A stretch of DNA of 64,000 nucleotides, from the NCBI GenBank assembly GCA_008369845.1, contig MRSU01007380.1, positions 1-64,000 of the forward strand, written 5' to 3'. The stretch comes from Trichomonas gallinae. Its lineage: Eukaryota. Both the position numbers and the translations under genes were made by a program. Under the pieces are notes generated by a model. That model saw only the letters and a program-made list of their open reading frames with translations, did no database searches and had not been told where the DNA came from. Below, piece after piece: positions 1 through 10,600 of the stretch. The first letter of the stretch is position 1. Every line of letters starts with the position of its first letter.

Positions 1-7
1 ATGTGAA

Positions 8-78
8 GCACCGCTGGTCTAATGGTAGAATTTCACCTTGCCAAGGTGGGGGTCCGGGTTCGATTCCCGGGCGGTGCA
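8..78 (+). tRNA. tRNA-Gly (anticodon GCC)
   Basis: Acceptor stem GCACCGC/GCGGTGC plus discriminator A. D-loop TAATGGTAG. Anticodon arm TCACC-TTGCCAA-GGTGG with GCC at 40-42. T arm CCGGG-TTCGATT-CCCGG. Confidence 0.97.
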
Positions 79-81
79 AAA

Positions 82-87
82 TTTTTT
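82..87 (+). terminator. RNA Pol III terminator (oligo-T) of tRNA-Gly
   Basis: T-run starting a few nt after the tRNA 3' end. Confidence 0.75.
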
Positions 88-541
88 CTTCTTTTTTTAT
101 TAATTACAAATTTATTGTTTCTCAATAACTAAACTCGTCCAAAACTGATACAAATCATTAAGACATGACTTATTTTTTCATGAAATCTATCCAAAGAATT
201 ATCTATGCATTATTCCATATTATTATCGTAAAAAAGAATTTTCATAACAAATAGATAATATATTTTATCGAGAATTGTGTCAGAAATAGATAGATACGCA
301 GCAAATATATATATCATAATAATATTTTTAAAGAATTTTTGTAATTCAAAATATAAAATTATTAAAACTGATAATAGAGTTTCAATCTACAAAAAATTAG
401 CTATTGTTTGCTGAGTTTGGTTGTTTTGTAAAAGTAATGAATGAATTGAAGAAAAATTAGAAAATAAGAAAATTTAATTAATAAAGAAACGATATTTAAA
501 CTAAGAAATCAACTGTAGCGAATATTATAGGTGAGACTGAT

Positions 542-1432
542 TTAGTATGCGAGATCATGATAAAGCTTCAGTGGAATTGTGGCAGAAGCGTAAGCACCGT
601 TTGCGAAAACGATACGGACCTTAAGGCTTGTAGAAACTGAGAACAATGGTGTCTCCATATCAGCGCTAATATGAACACGAACCCATTCAATATTAAATGG
701 AATCTGAACGCCGTGCGGTGGATCATTTTCAGCTATGTATGTACGGTTCTTCTCTGAGTTGAGGTTCTGTGGGTTGGTACGGTCGATCATAATTCTTTCA
801 TTACGAATATATGACACAGTAATTGACTCTATCGGAGTATCTGAATCGATAATTTCAATCCATCCTGCGGGTGGTTTTGTAAATGTCGCGACATTTGTGT
901 TGAAATGAATGTGAGCCTTGAAGTTTGCCTTCTTACCCATAGATCTCCTTGCGTCGACTTTATTGACATCAATCTCAACTGGTTCACCGGCTGGAATATT
1001 TTTGTCTGTTTCAGCAACAACGAAAAACGCGCGCTGTCCTGTAATGTCAGATGAAAGGAATCCTCTCTTGATGACGAATTCGACGAAATAGTCTACGGAA
1101 ATATATTTACAACGAACACTTTCTACCATTTTACTCTCCTTAGGAACGGTGAATTCGAAAGGAAAAGTATATCCGTCCTCAATTGTCGAAGGCATTGGAG
1201 TAACTGGGATGTTGTGTTGCCATATAATTCTGTCTGCATTTTTCGGGATTGGATCATCGAATGATGTTAATCCGTGTCCGTCTGGATCAACAGTTCGAAT
1301 GCAATATGCAGTGCATATCACTTCTTTCGGTTTGATTTTCTCGTTTGTTTTGACTGTGACGGTGCCTTTAACTTTCTCTCCAGTATGGTACGACCTAACA
1401 TATCTATCATACTCGAAGTTAATTGTAGTCAT
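542..1432 (-). CDS. VPS26C: VPS26C/DSCR3-like arrestin-fold protein (Vps26 family), 296 aa
   Basis: First ATG (MTTINFEYDR) at 1432. GEKVKGTVTV, FPFEF, ESVRCKYISVDY..KRGFLSSD and the C-terminal IPLKL match the DSCR3 pattern from recollection. Stop TAA overlaps TAAA. Confidence 0.8.
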   Translation of the reverse strand: MTTINFEYDRYVRSYHTGEKVKGTVTVKTNEKIKPKEVICTAYCIRTVDPDGHGLTSFDDPIPKNADRIIWQHNIPVTPMPSTIEDGYTFPFEFTVPKESKMVESVRCKYISVDYFVEFVIKRGFLSSDITGQRAFFVVAETDKNIPAGEPVEIDVNKVDARRSMGKKANFKAHIHFNTNVATFTKPPAGWIEIIDSDTPIESITVSYIRNERIMIDRTNPQNLNSEKNRTYIAENDPPHGVQIPFNIEWVRVHISADMETPLFSVSTSLKVRIVFANGAYASATIPLKLYHDLAY

Positions 1433-2134
1433 TTGAAAAAAAATAAATTTTTTTACCCGAATTGACAAACTCAACTCTCCTTTATATTCGTTTTTTGGCC
1501 ACAATTTCTTTATATAAGCTTATATTTTTAATTTTAGGCCAATATTCCTGTTTTTTTAAATTCTCAAAATTAAATTATTGTTATTTGGTTAATTTTATGC
1601 GATTTTCTTGTTTTTTCCGGAAAATGATATTAATTTATAAATATTGTAACATTTTAATTTTAAATTTTATTTTTCATTTTTATGTGATAACCATAATATG
1701 TATATGTAATATAATTAAATGATCAAAGAATTTCGCGATAAAAATGAGTTTTCGAAGATAAAATTCGAATTTTTTGAAATTATAATGAATCCTAATATGT
1801 TTTATGTTCTAGATCTATTTTATAATAAGTTGGAAAATTTAGATCTTTGATTTTTCGAATAAATCAAGGTAATATTCTAGAATTTGAAATTCAATTCAAG
1901 TTTTTTTGAAAAATGTGAAAATTCTCCATCATGCGAAATCGGATTCTCTTTAATATATGTCACGGCTACTGTGGTACTGATTAATTTTGTCGAAATGAAT
2001 GATATAAATATTTAAAAAAAGAAAATTTATTCCAAATAGAGGAATGAAAAATTAATTTTCGCTACCGGATATTTGTTGGATAAATCTAATGGTTTAAAAT
2101 ATCAAGCTGGAAATATAAAAGAAAAGTTATCATT

Positions 2135-3445
2135 TTAGATGAAGTTGAATGTATAGCTTCCAGCCTGTGTAAGTTCCTTCATCCACTTGTGAGGTTCATT
2201 AGATGTACCCTGTGTAGATACAAGGAAGTTCTTAATACTGATACCGGATGGCAATGGTCCAGCGATTGTGAAATCGATAGCGATTGGGCCGAGGAGTGTC
2301 TCAGCGGCTCCTGGAATACCGTTATCGAAGATGAAGCGGAAACGAGCAGAGTATTCGGCGAGGCCGTTAAACTCCTTGATCCTCCAGACAACCTGGCGGT
2401 TCTTGTTATCGAATTCTCCGGACTGTTTGTCTAAGACAGACTGTGGGAGCTCGCAAGAAGCGGAAGAGGTTTCGACTGGGCATTGGAATATGATAGAAAC
2501 ATCTGTAGCCTTGATTTCAGCTGGGAATGTAGATGTAATGGAAACACGAACGACGACGACCTTTGGCTGTGTATTTTCGAAAACTGGTGTGACTGTGAAT
2601 GGTGGTGGGCGTGGAGCGCGTGTTGTACGATATGTGAAGAGAAGAGAGGAACCCTGTGGTGGGCAGAAAGAAATTGAGCGATCAGAGTCGAAAGATGTTG
2701 TTACAGCATATGGGGCGAAGGTGATATCGTCGTACTCGAAAAGTAAGTTCTTTGGCATGTTGCGTGTCTTGAAGAAGGCTTGTGGGTCGAGCTGGAGTGT
2801 GCAGCTTGGAACTCCCTGAAGATAAGACTTAACTGTGCAAATACCGCTGATGTTTGAGTTGAGGATGTTACCCTGAGCTGTCATTGACAACGAGAGTTTT
2901 TCTGCGAGGACAATGAAGATTTCATTGTTGGTCTTTGTACGCTCAGATGTCTTAAGGGCAAGTGGGCGGTCAAATCCCTCACCTGGGAAGATTTCTGTCT
3001 GAAGGAATGTAGTGAGGAAGTTTTGATCATATTCGACTTCGTTGTGGACGAGGTGAAGAAGCATCGAAGAATCTGTTGCCTGTGGGCAGCCGAAAGCGAG
3101 AACTTCATCAACGACTTCGTAGCAAAGCGCGAGATTCTTTTGAATAGAAAGCTCTGTGCACTTGCCGAGGTAGTCTGAAAGAACGACTGTAATACGACGA
3201 AGCAAAAGTTCGAGAGTTGCTGGTGACATGTTCTCTGGTGTAGCGAGTGCGAAGTAAAGGCCAGCGCAATTTACCCAGCAATATGTAAGCTGCTCTAATC
3301 TGAAAATTGGTGGAGGCGGTGGCTGCTCAGTCATACGTTGGTAGAAGTCCTCGACAATCGAGAGGTTTGTCTCGTCAAGGAAGGCACGGATGATGATGGG
3401 GTTGCCACGTGAGTTGATGACAAAGAAGTGCTTGATAAGTCCCAT
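2135..3445 (-). CDS. AP4M1: Adaptor protein complex medium (mu) subunit, most like AP-4 mu
   Basis: Longin N-terminus (FFVINSRG, NLALCYEVVDEVLAFGCPQ) and mu homology domain (NEIFIVLAEKL, VKSYLQGVP, SFCPPQG, VWRIKEF, KW). Confidence 0.8.
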   Translation of the reverse strand: MGLIKHFFVINSRGNPIIIRAFLDETNLSIVEDFYQRMTEQPPPPPIFRLEQLTYCWVNCAGLYFALATPENMSPATLELLLRRITVVLSDYLGKCTELSIQKNLALCYEVVDEVLAFGCPQATDSSMLLHLVHNEVEYDQNFLTTFLQTEIFPGEGFDRPLALKTSERTKTNNEIFIVLAEKLSLSMTAQGNILNSNISGICTVKSYLQGVPSCTLQLDPQAFFKTRNMPKNLLFEYDDITFAPYAVTTSFDSDRSISFCPPQGSSLLFTYRTTRAPRPPPFTVTPVFENTQPKVVVVRVSITSTFPAEIKATDVSIIFQCPVETSSASCELPQSVLDKQSGEFDNKNRQVVWRIKEFNGLAEYSARFRFIFDNGIPGAAETLLGPIAIDFTIAGPLPSGISIKNFLVSTQGTSNEPHKWMKELTQAGSYTFNFI

Positions 3446-3459
3446 TTGTCAAACCTCCC

Positions 3460-3490
3460 GTCACTTTTCGCGTTTTGGATGTGAACCGTT
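3460..3490 (-). promoter_or_regulatory. Core promoter of the AP-mu gene: AACGGTT (M3/Myb-site-like), TCACAT (Inr), AAAGTGAC (M2-like)
   Basis: Minus strand reads AACGGTTCACATCCAAAACGCGAAAAGTGAC, 15-45 nt before the ATG. Resembles described Trichomonas core promoter motifs. Confidence 0.55.
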
Positions 3491-4095
3491 CTCTCTTAAA
3501 TACTCATTAAAACACTCCACTCGTCAGCAATCAAGTTGAAATTCTAAAATTCGAATATCGAATTCGCTCATCTTCATCGATTTTGGATTTCTCATTCGTT
3601 TTTCTCACATTGTAATCATTTCTATAACACCACATTCTATCCATATATAATACTATTTACCAAGAATGTTATGATATAAGTGAAACAGCTCAAATGCTAT
3701 TGTGAAATGATTTTATATCTGAAATTTTCAATACCTTAAATTTCATTCTGCTTATGATGGTTTTGGATGATATGTAATGATTTTACAATTTTAAAAAGTA
3801 AAAAAAGATGAATTCTTATCTCATCGTTTTTTTTTTTTTGCTCGAAGAGAAAATTTTTTTTCTATCGTTTTTTTGACGATTTCTTCACTTTTTATGTAAA
3901 TTATCACTTATCAATAGTTATACATATTTTTACATTTATATCAATTTTATCGAAAAAATTTAAAGATTTGGACAATATTTGGATATCATCAAATCTTGAA
4001 ATCAATAATATGAACGTTTTGCTCATCATATTATCATTTTTGTGTGTATAAAATATGGAATTCATAATTAATAGTCAATAAATTAGTTTGATTTT

Positions 4096-4323
4096 GTGTG
4101 GTTCGCGATATTGTCTCTAATTATATGTTTTCTCATAGCCCACATAGTTAAATATAATCATAGATCTCTTTATATAAGAATAATATCAAGAAATGGGTTG
4201 TTTTACTGTGATGAAGATAGAACACATAAAATATTGAGATATAAAGCCCATATCAATATAGTACAATGCTTAGATTTAAATGATGCTATATCTAAAAGGA
4301 AAATTGAAAATATCAAGAAATGA
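4096..4323 (+). CDS. Possible small single-pass membrane protein (75 aa), GTG start, no ATG in frame
   Basis: Hydrophobic segment WFAILSLIICFLIAHIV directly after the GTG, then a basic soluble tail. Could be spurious. Confidence 0.25.
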   Translation: MWFAILSLIICFLIAHIVKYNHRSLYIRIISRNGLFYCDEDRTHKILRYKAHINIVQCLDLNDAISKRKIENIKK

Positions 4324-4375
4324 GAAGTTTTGACCTGAGAAGGAAATTAACCTTAAATTTAATGTCACTTTTATT

Positions 4376-5557
4376 TTGTCGGCATTTTCGAGTTCACCAA
4401 AGTTTTATAATTTATTAAACAGACCACCTCAAAAGAGAGACGCACAACATTTTTCGTCCGGAAGAAGCAAACTTGTCAAACCAATTAGGGTTTCTACTTG
4501 TTTACGACATAACACAACTTTTGATGACACAATAAACGAAAGATCATTCAAATCATCGTTTGCTATTTTCTTACTATTTTACATAATTGCACTTTCTTAC
4601 TCGTTTTTCGTTGAAATTACAAATGTTGAAATCGAATCTAAAGTTATAAATCTTCTAGACCAGATTATATTCAATCAAATTACAAACAATTACGTATACC
4701 CTGCAATTTCTTCGCTCGTAATATCATTATTCGCTCACAAATTTTATTCATTATCAACAGCGTTCTTTTATTCGCCGAATGTCGGAGTTTTGGCCACTTT
4801 ATGCATATTTATCGACAAAAAGTTAATAAATATGATATATTCATCAATCACATTCACGATTTGCTTGTTTTTAATTTTATCAACAATTTATTATTCATTA
4901 AAACTCAGCTTTACCCATATGCAATCAGTAAAATGGATAATCTATGTTATATTCTCCATTTTATCCGCTTCTCTTGCAACATTAATGAGATTTGAATTAT
5001 GTTTCTTATTTATTGTTCCGTTCATTATAATGATTGGCTGCTGCACTTCTCCTGATGTCAAGAACTGGCCAATAACTGCACTGATCTTTTTAATAACATT
5101 TATCATATCAATTATGACTTTACTCAAAATAGACTCGAATTATCATTTAATGCGCTACTCATTCGACATACCATCTAAAAAGGAATGTTTTGCAGCCATT
5201 TTTAGAGCAGATTCAAATGGAATGTTAATTTTGTTTTCGATAACATTATTAATTGTTTTTATTTCACAATTAATTTATGGAAACATGCAAATATTCCAGA
5301 AAAATGTCTTGATAGCACTATTCTCTATTGCTATAGCCATCATTTCATCGCATTGCGCCTTTGTTTCTGATATTCCAGATTTGGAATTGCGTGGACTTGC
5401 TTGCAGATTGATGTATCTTGCAATGGTATCCAGCATAGTCGCATCCAATTCAAGGATTGGAGTTTTGTTCGCTCTTCTCTGCATAATTTATGCATCCATC
5501 AATTTAATTATTGATTTACCGCATATTACTTTTTATAATAGATATATTCATGTTTAA
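4376..5557 (+). CDS. Multi-pass membrane protein, divergent GT-C/protein O-mannosyltransferase-like; TTG start
   Basis: 393 open codons with about 10 hydrophobic segments. GVLATLCIFIDKKLIN..ICLFLILSTIYYSLK..WIIYVIFSILSASLATLMRF resembles the PMT membrane region. GTCACTTT Inr at 4364. First in-frame ATG is codon 153. Confidence 0.6.
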   Translation: MSAFSSSPKFYNLLNRPPQKRDAQHFSSGRSKLVKPIRVSTCLRHNTTFDDTINERSFKSSFAIFLLFYIIALSYSFFVEITNVEIESKVINLLDQIIFNQITNNYVYPAISSLVISLFAHKFYSLSTAFFYSPNVGVLATLCIFIDKKLINMIYSSITFTICLFLILSTIYYSLKLSFTHMQSVKWIIYVIFSILSASLATLMRFELCFLFIVPFIIMIGCCTSPDVKNWPITALIFLITFIISIMTLLKIDSNYHLMRYSFDIPSKKECFAAIFRADSNGMLILFSITLLIVFISQLIYGNMQIFQKNVLIALFSIAIAIISSHCAFVSDIPDLELRGLACRLMYLAMVSSIVASNSRIGVLFALLCIIYASINLIIDLPHITFYNRYIHV

Positions 5558-5814
5558 TCATAAAGAATTTACTTCACTTTCCATAAAATTGATTTTTTCG
5601 ATCATGAATAAAAAAATTAAACAATTTATGGATGATAATTTGATTATTTGAATACAATAGATGATCTATAATAGGTGGTTAGCTACAATAGATTATTTAT
5701 TATTGATTGAAAAATTCCCTATTGATAGGAAAATGTGCTTTTGTTTTTCCTGTATTTATAAGGGTTACTGTTCAAAACAAACAAGATTTTATTAATAATA
5801 TTAAAATATTAAAA

Positions 5815-6741
5815 TTATAATGGCGAAATGTATTGGAAAACAGTGTCAAATAAGTTGTTTTCCCATGCCTTTGGCCTGAACTTTGTAATTTGGATTTCTG
5901 TCGGAGAAATAATTTCAAGTGCAGCACCTTCGTGATAACCACCAGTATAACTTGGGGCTGAAAAGATTGTCAGGACATGTCTGTCATGATTCCATTTGAA
6001 TCCAGAGTTCACAGCTTCATGCCCTCTCACTACAAATTTGAGATTATTTTTTTCTATGAAATTAGCTGTAATATCCGGACCCCAGCATTTACCACCTTCA
6101 CGAATTGGGGGTTGAATACCTGGCATTTCTGAAGGATCATTCCAAAGAATTTCTTTCAGTACGGGTATTTGATTCGGCAATGTGTATGTTGTATCAGATA
6201 TTGTACGTGGAAGCTGATCAAGCTGTTCAATTGTCTCTAACCATGGCGTCAATCCACCATGAACTCCTAGGATGTTATTATCAACTAAAATTGCAATTGG
6301 AATTGCTGTAAAGACTTCAATAAATGCTCTCCAAACATTGAAATCGCCATATCGTTTCAAGATTTCATCGTAGAAACCATAAGTGGCAGTCATGTTGTAT
6401 CCTTCGTGGTTTCCTCTTACAAGATAGAATGTTTCTGGATACTTTATCTTGTAAGCGAATAAAAGAACGATTGTATGCACAGATTTATCACCACGATCGA
6501 CAAAATCTCCAACAAAACAGTATTTTCCTTCACTTGGATCACCAAATATCCTAAATATCTCTAATACATCATCGAAATCACCGTGTACATCTCCTAGCAC
6601 TGTCATTGGCGAAGTTGTTCTGAGAACATTAGGTTCGTACTTGAGTATAGGATAAACTTTCGAGCAGGTAAGATTTACATCACTTGCTGTTGGATCTTCA
6701 CCATTTAATAATCGATCAATTATAGAATCAATCTCTTCCAT
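5815..6741 (-). CDS. Ser/Thr protein phosphatase, PPP family (PP2A/PP4/PP6-like)
   Basis: GDVHG, GDFVDRG, RGNHE, HGG, RGHE and FSAPSY motifs. ATG at 6741. Confidence 0.95.
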   Translation of the reverse strand: MEEIDSIIDRLLNGEDPTASDVNLTCSKVYPILKYEPNVLRTTSPMTVLGDVHGDFDDVLEIFRIFGDPSEGKYCFVGDFVDRGDKSVHTIVLLFAYKIKYPETFYLVRGNHEGYNMTATYGFYDEILKRYGDFNVWRAFIEVFTAIPIAILVDNNILGVHGGLTPWLETIEQLDQLPRTISDTTYTLPNQIPVLKEILWNDPSEMPGIQPPIREGGKCWGPDITANFIEKNNLKFVVRGHEAVNSGFKWNHDRHVLTIFSAPSYTGGYHEGAALEIISPTEIQITKFRPKAWENNLFDTVFQYISPL

Positions 6742-7624
6742 CAATTATTTAACCAAATTATGTCATGTAATGTGCGAATTGTTATTTACACGTCAAAAAT
6801 ATCTTTGCCAAGTAAAATCTGTTTATTAATTTTACATGTCAATAATTGACTTACCATGATATATATGAAATATAGCATCGCTATGATGTGCTTATATTAC
6901 TGTGTAAATATGCCATTAGAATTGGTGCAACATTTGATTGATGAACAATATATTAATAATTTCGCAAAATTTCAGTGCCAATAGTTATATTTCCACTTTA
7001 TAGTGAGTATTTTATAAACAAGAAGATCAATTAAACAAACAGAAAATTCCAAAGAAATAAAAGTGACATGTGAACGCGAATTTTTCAATGCCGATGAATA
7101 GCTTTTGAATAATCAAAGAAAAATGTCTTATTGAAGTTAATTGGAAAGATTTCGATATAAAAATTAGCGGTACAAAGCGACTTTTGAATTTTCGAATCAC
7201 TGACTTTTGAGAAGCATATTATTTGCTGAAATAAGAATGGAAGAAAATTTCAATGAATAGTAAAAATTTATATCAATTAAAAATGCATTTTTATTTTAAT
7301 AAATCAAAATGGCACCAATTAGATTTTTTTTGAAGATCACAATTTTTTAAAAGAAAAAGTAATATGTATATTTTTGTTTATAAAGCATAAATTTCCAGTT
7401 TAAAAAGATTTCTTCACCCGTATTTTGTATTGAAATTTTTGAATACTTTATCAATATTAAGATATAGGTAATATATTGCCTACATTATATACATTAAATT
7501 AACAAAGTTTTAAAATAAAACGGTTTTACACTTTTGCTGTTGCTTTATTCAAAATTTTATTTGTTCAAAATTCGCATGCCTATATGCTTGTAGATAATAA
7601 TTTTTCATAAATTTTTTCAAAAAA

Positions 7625-10600
7625 CTGCCTGCACAAGAATTACCTAGTTCTAATATTAAACCTCTGAACGTGGCCACTACAGAGGGACATTCTCTTCGGC
7701 GCAGTTTTGTTTATACCTTCGATAACCTTTTCCCGCTTTATTATCACATGATACATTCAATTCATTTGCCGTCTTGGTTTTCGATTGCATGCACAATGAT
7801 AATATCACTGCAAGTGCTTTTTTCATCGTTATGGATTTACGCACCAGCTTTTTATCGAATGTCTGATAACTATTTTAATTTTTATACAAAATTTATCAAA
7901 GTTTTTACGTTTCAAACAGCTACAGACTACACAATAGATCATCTACTAACATCATATATATGTTTTACTGTTGCCATGGTCTCCCTTTTATGGCTATGGT
8001 TTGTTGTTCTCTATGAATTCAAGCATTACACAATTCCTAAGGTATTTTTATTCATTTCAGTACTAATTATCGATATAATTGAGCCATTATTCCTTATACC
8101 GTCAACTTACAGTGTATCGCATGCGATAACTGCTTTATATTACAAAAATTCGAGCAAATACGTCATAGAGTTGATTATTGGACTCATATCACTCATTACA
8201 TGTTCTTTTCATTTCGTTATTTCCATGTTTTTAAAATCCCGATCAGTTGTATTAACAAACCTTACATTTCAACTTTATGATCCACTAGTTTATATCATAT
8301 GGTTTGCTTTGACATCAATATCCGTCATTTTTACGGTAATTTGCAAATGGTTCGAATCTTGGTTCTATATTTTGATAGTTGTCATTCATATTCTTGTCAT
8401 TAGTTATCTATTGTATAGAGTAACATTCCTTCCGTTTCCAGTTCTATGGAAAAACGCTGTAGCCTTCGCATTAGGAATGACTGTCGTCACATTGGACGTA
8501 AATTACATCATAATATCAATATTCAAGAGCTTTACCTATAACTACACAATATACGTTGCATTGGTGGCAACAGTTGTTTGGAGTGTAGTTTCGCATTTCG
8601 CATTCAAAAAGAAATTTTCAAAACTCAAAATTATTCTTACAGATGAAGATGATGACAAAGATGAGCTGTTTAATTTGTTCTCACAGCTGAAAATAGGAAA
8701 AGACTACCATCACACGATGCAATATTTGGCTGTTGGCATGTCCGAGATCTGCGACTACTTTGTTGACGGAACGTTATTCCAATTCATAATGGATCACGCA
8801 ATTGATGAGCAAACTATAGCTCTTCTGCTGCAGGTCTTGACATATTTCCCAGCAGAATACAACAAACTCAATGCAGTATATAAGAAATTGAGTTCAAAAC
8901 CAAAATTAGATTTCGTCAATCGTTTCTTGATTTTCCAAATCGCAAAAATCAAAACAAGAAGATTAGTAACGAGCACAGGCGAAACAAACGAGACAGTCTA
9001 CAGGCTGAGAACTCTTAATGACGAATGCAGACTCTTAATGAGATCTTTTTGGGAGAAAACTTACTGCAAAAGTGATTTCTTGTCAATTTTGGATGCAAAA
9101 ATCAACGACACTGGAAATTACATGGAATTCATTCTTGAAAACAACCCGAATAACATAGCCATTAATACTGAATACCTGAACTTCTTGTCAGACATTTCAT
9201 GCGAGTTCGACAAAGCAATAGCGCAGAGCATAAGAACAGATGCAATTACAGATGGAAACAATTTTAATATTGACGTCTGCTTTAGATCTGTTGTTACAAA
9301 ATTCCCACGCTACATAAAGGATGGAATATTAGACGAAAACGGAATGAAAGCAGCACCAGAGAATGAAGACCAGCTTGAAGATTCGCCCCTAACAAATGGG
9401 TTGTCAAGAAGAGACAGCGAATTCTTTGATATCTTGATGTTGAATCCGCAAATGATTAATCTCGACAAGAATCCAAGCGAACACTACAGCAAAGTTAAAG
9501 GAATTGACGCAGAAAAAGAAGAATTCGTTGCAAATAAGCTCATCAAGGATTCAGCTGGAAGACTTGCTTTCTTTAATGCATTGCATGATTCGAAGCCAGT
9601 ACAAAGTTATTACATTGTTATTTTCTCAACTTTATGCGTGGTATTACAGTTAGTTTTATTCGTTTTGATTTTCGTGAGAATCAAGAGTACATTCGATTGG
9701 AGAGATTTACCTCAGACAAGCATGTTATATTCTGGTGGCTCGACTTTCTTCTTGCAATATTCACATTTATACAGTTTGTTGCATTGGGCGAACAACACTG
9801 GAAGATGGGTGAAAAACAGCGCATTATTGGGGAACATTTCCATGGATCCGGATGAATACATTCTTCCTGAAATAGACATCAAAGGTAACTACGATAATCT
9901 TATATTCCAAACCATAACTGTCTCGATGCAATTCATAAAAATTGTCGTTGACAGCATCGCGGAAAAAGACGGAATTTTAGATGGATATCAATTTGCTCCA
10001 CAGCTCATTAAGCAAGAGTATGACTTTTATGAGTGCAATGATGGAGTTCCACACGGAACAATAAAGACATCAATCAAAGAGAAAGAAATAAATACAGCTA
10101 TGTACCAGAAAATCATTGTTGGAACTTTACTGCAAAACGGCACAGCGCAAAACATCTTCCAGATGAATGCTTATTGCAACATACACATGAACTTATACGG
10201 AATAACAGAAATAATACAACAAGAACTCGAATCAATGAAAAACTATTCAATTGCTCGATCAATTCCAAGCAGCAAAGTTTTTAACTTTTATTTGATTTTT
10301 GGAATTACTCTTTCTATTGTTTTCTCTTTGATCCCTATCTCTGTCCTTATTTATTTCTTCAAGCGCTCACTCAACAAGATACTAGCTGTCTTATTATCAC
10401 TGCCTAACAACATAAAAGAGCAGGCGAAAGAATCAATAATGGTTAGCGGTTATATTTCATCGTCGGCTGTTGACGGAAAAATAGAAAAAAGATCAAGAAA
10501 GTGGCAAGCGATAATAAACATAATAATCATTATCGCTATTTGCCTTTTCATTCTATTCTCATGTCGCAGAGGAATGAATCTAAACACAGATATAGCAAAC

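Noticed and set aside
1462..1722. AT-rich ORFs (1462..1722, 33710..33907, 37758..37943, 50477..50749)
   Set aside because: F/I/N/K/Y composition typical of intergenic DNA; no credible start context.
2268..2819. 183-aa + strand ORF, and similar antisense ORFs at 41127..41756, 43157..43576, 45563..46018 and 60630..61049
   Set aside because: Overlap well-supported genes on the opposite strand and show no motifs.
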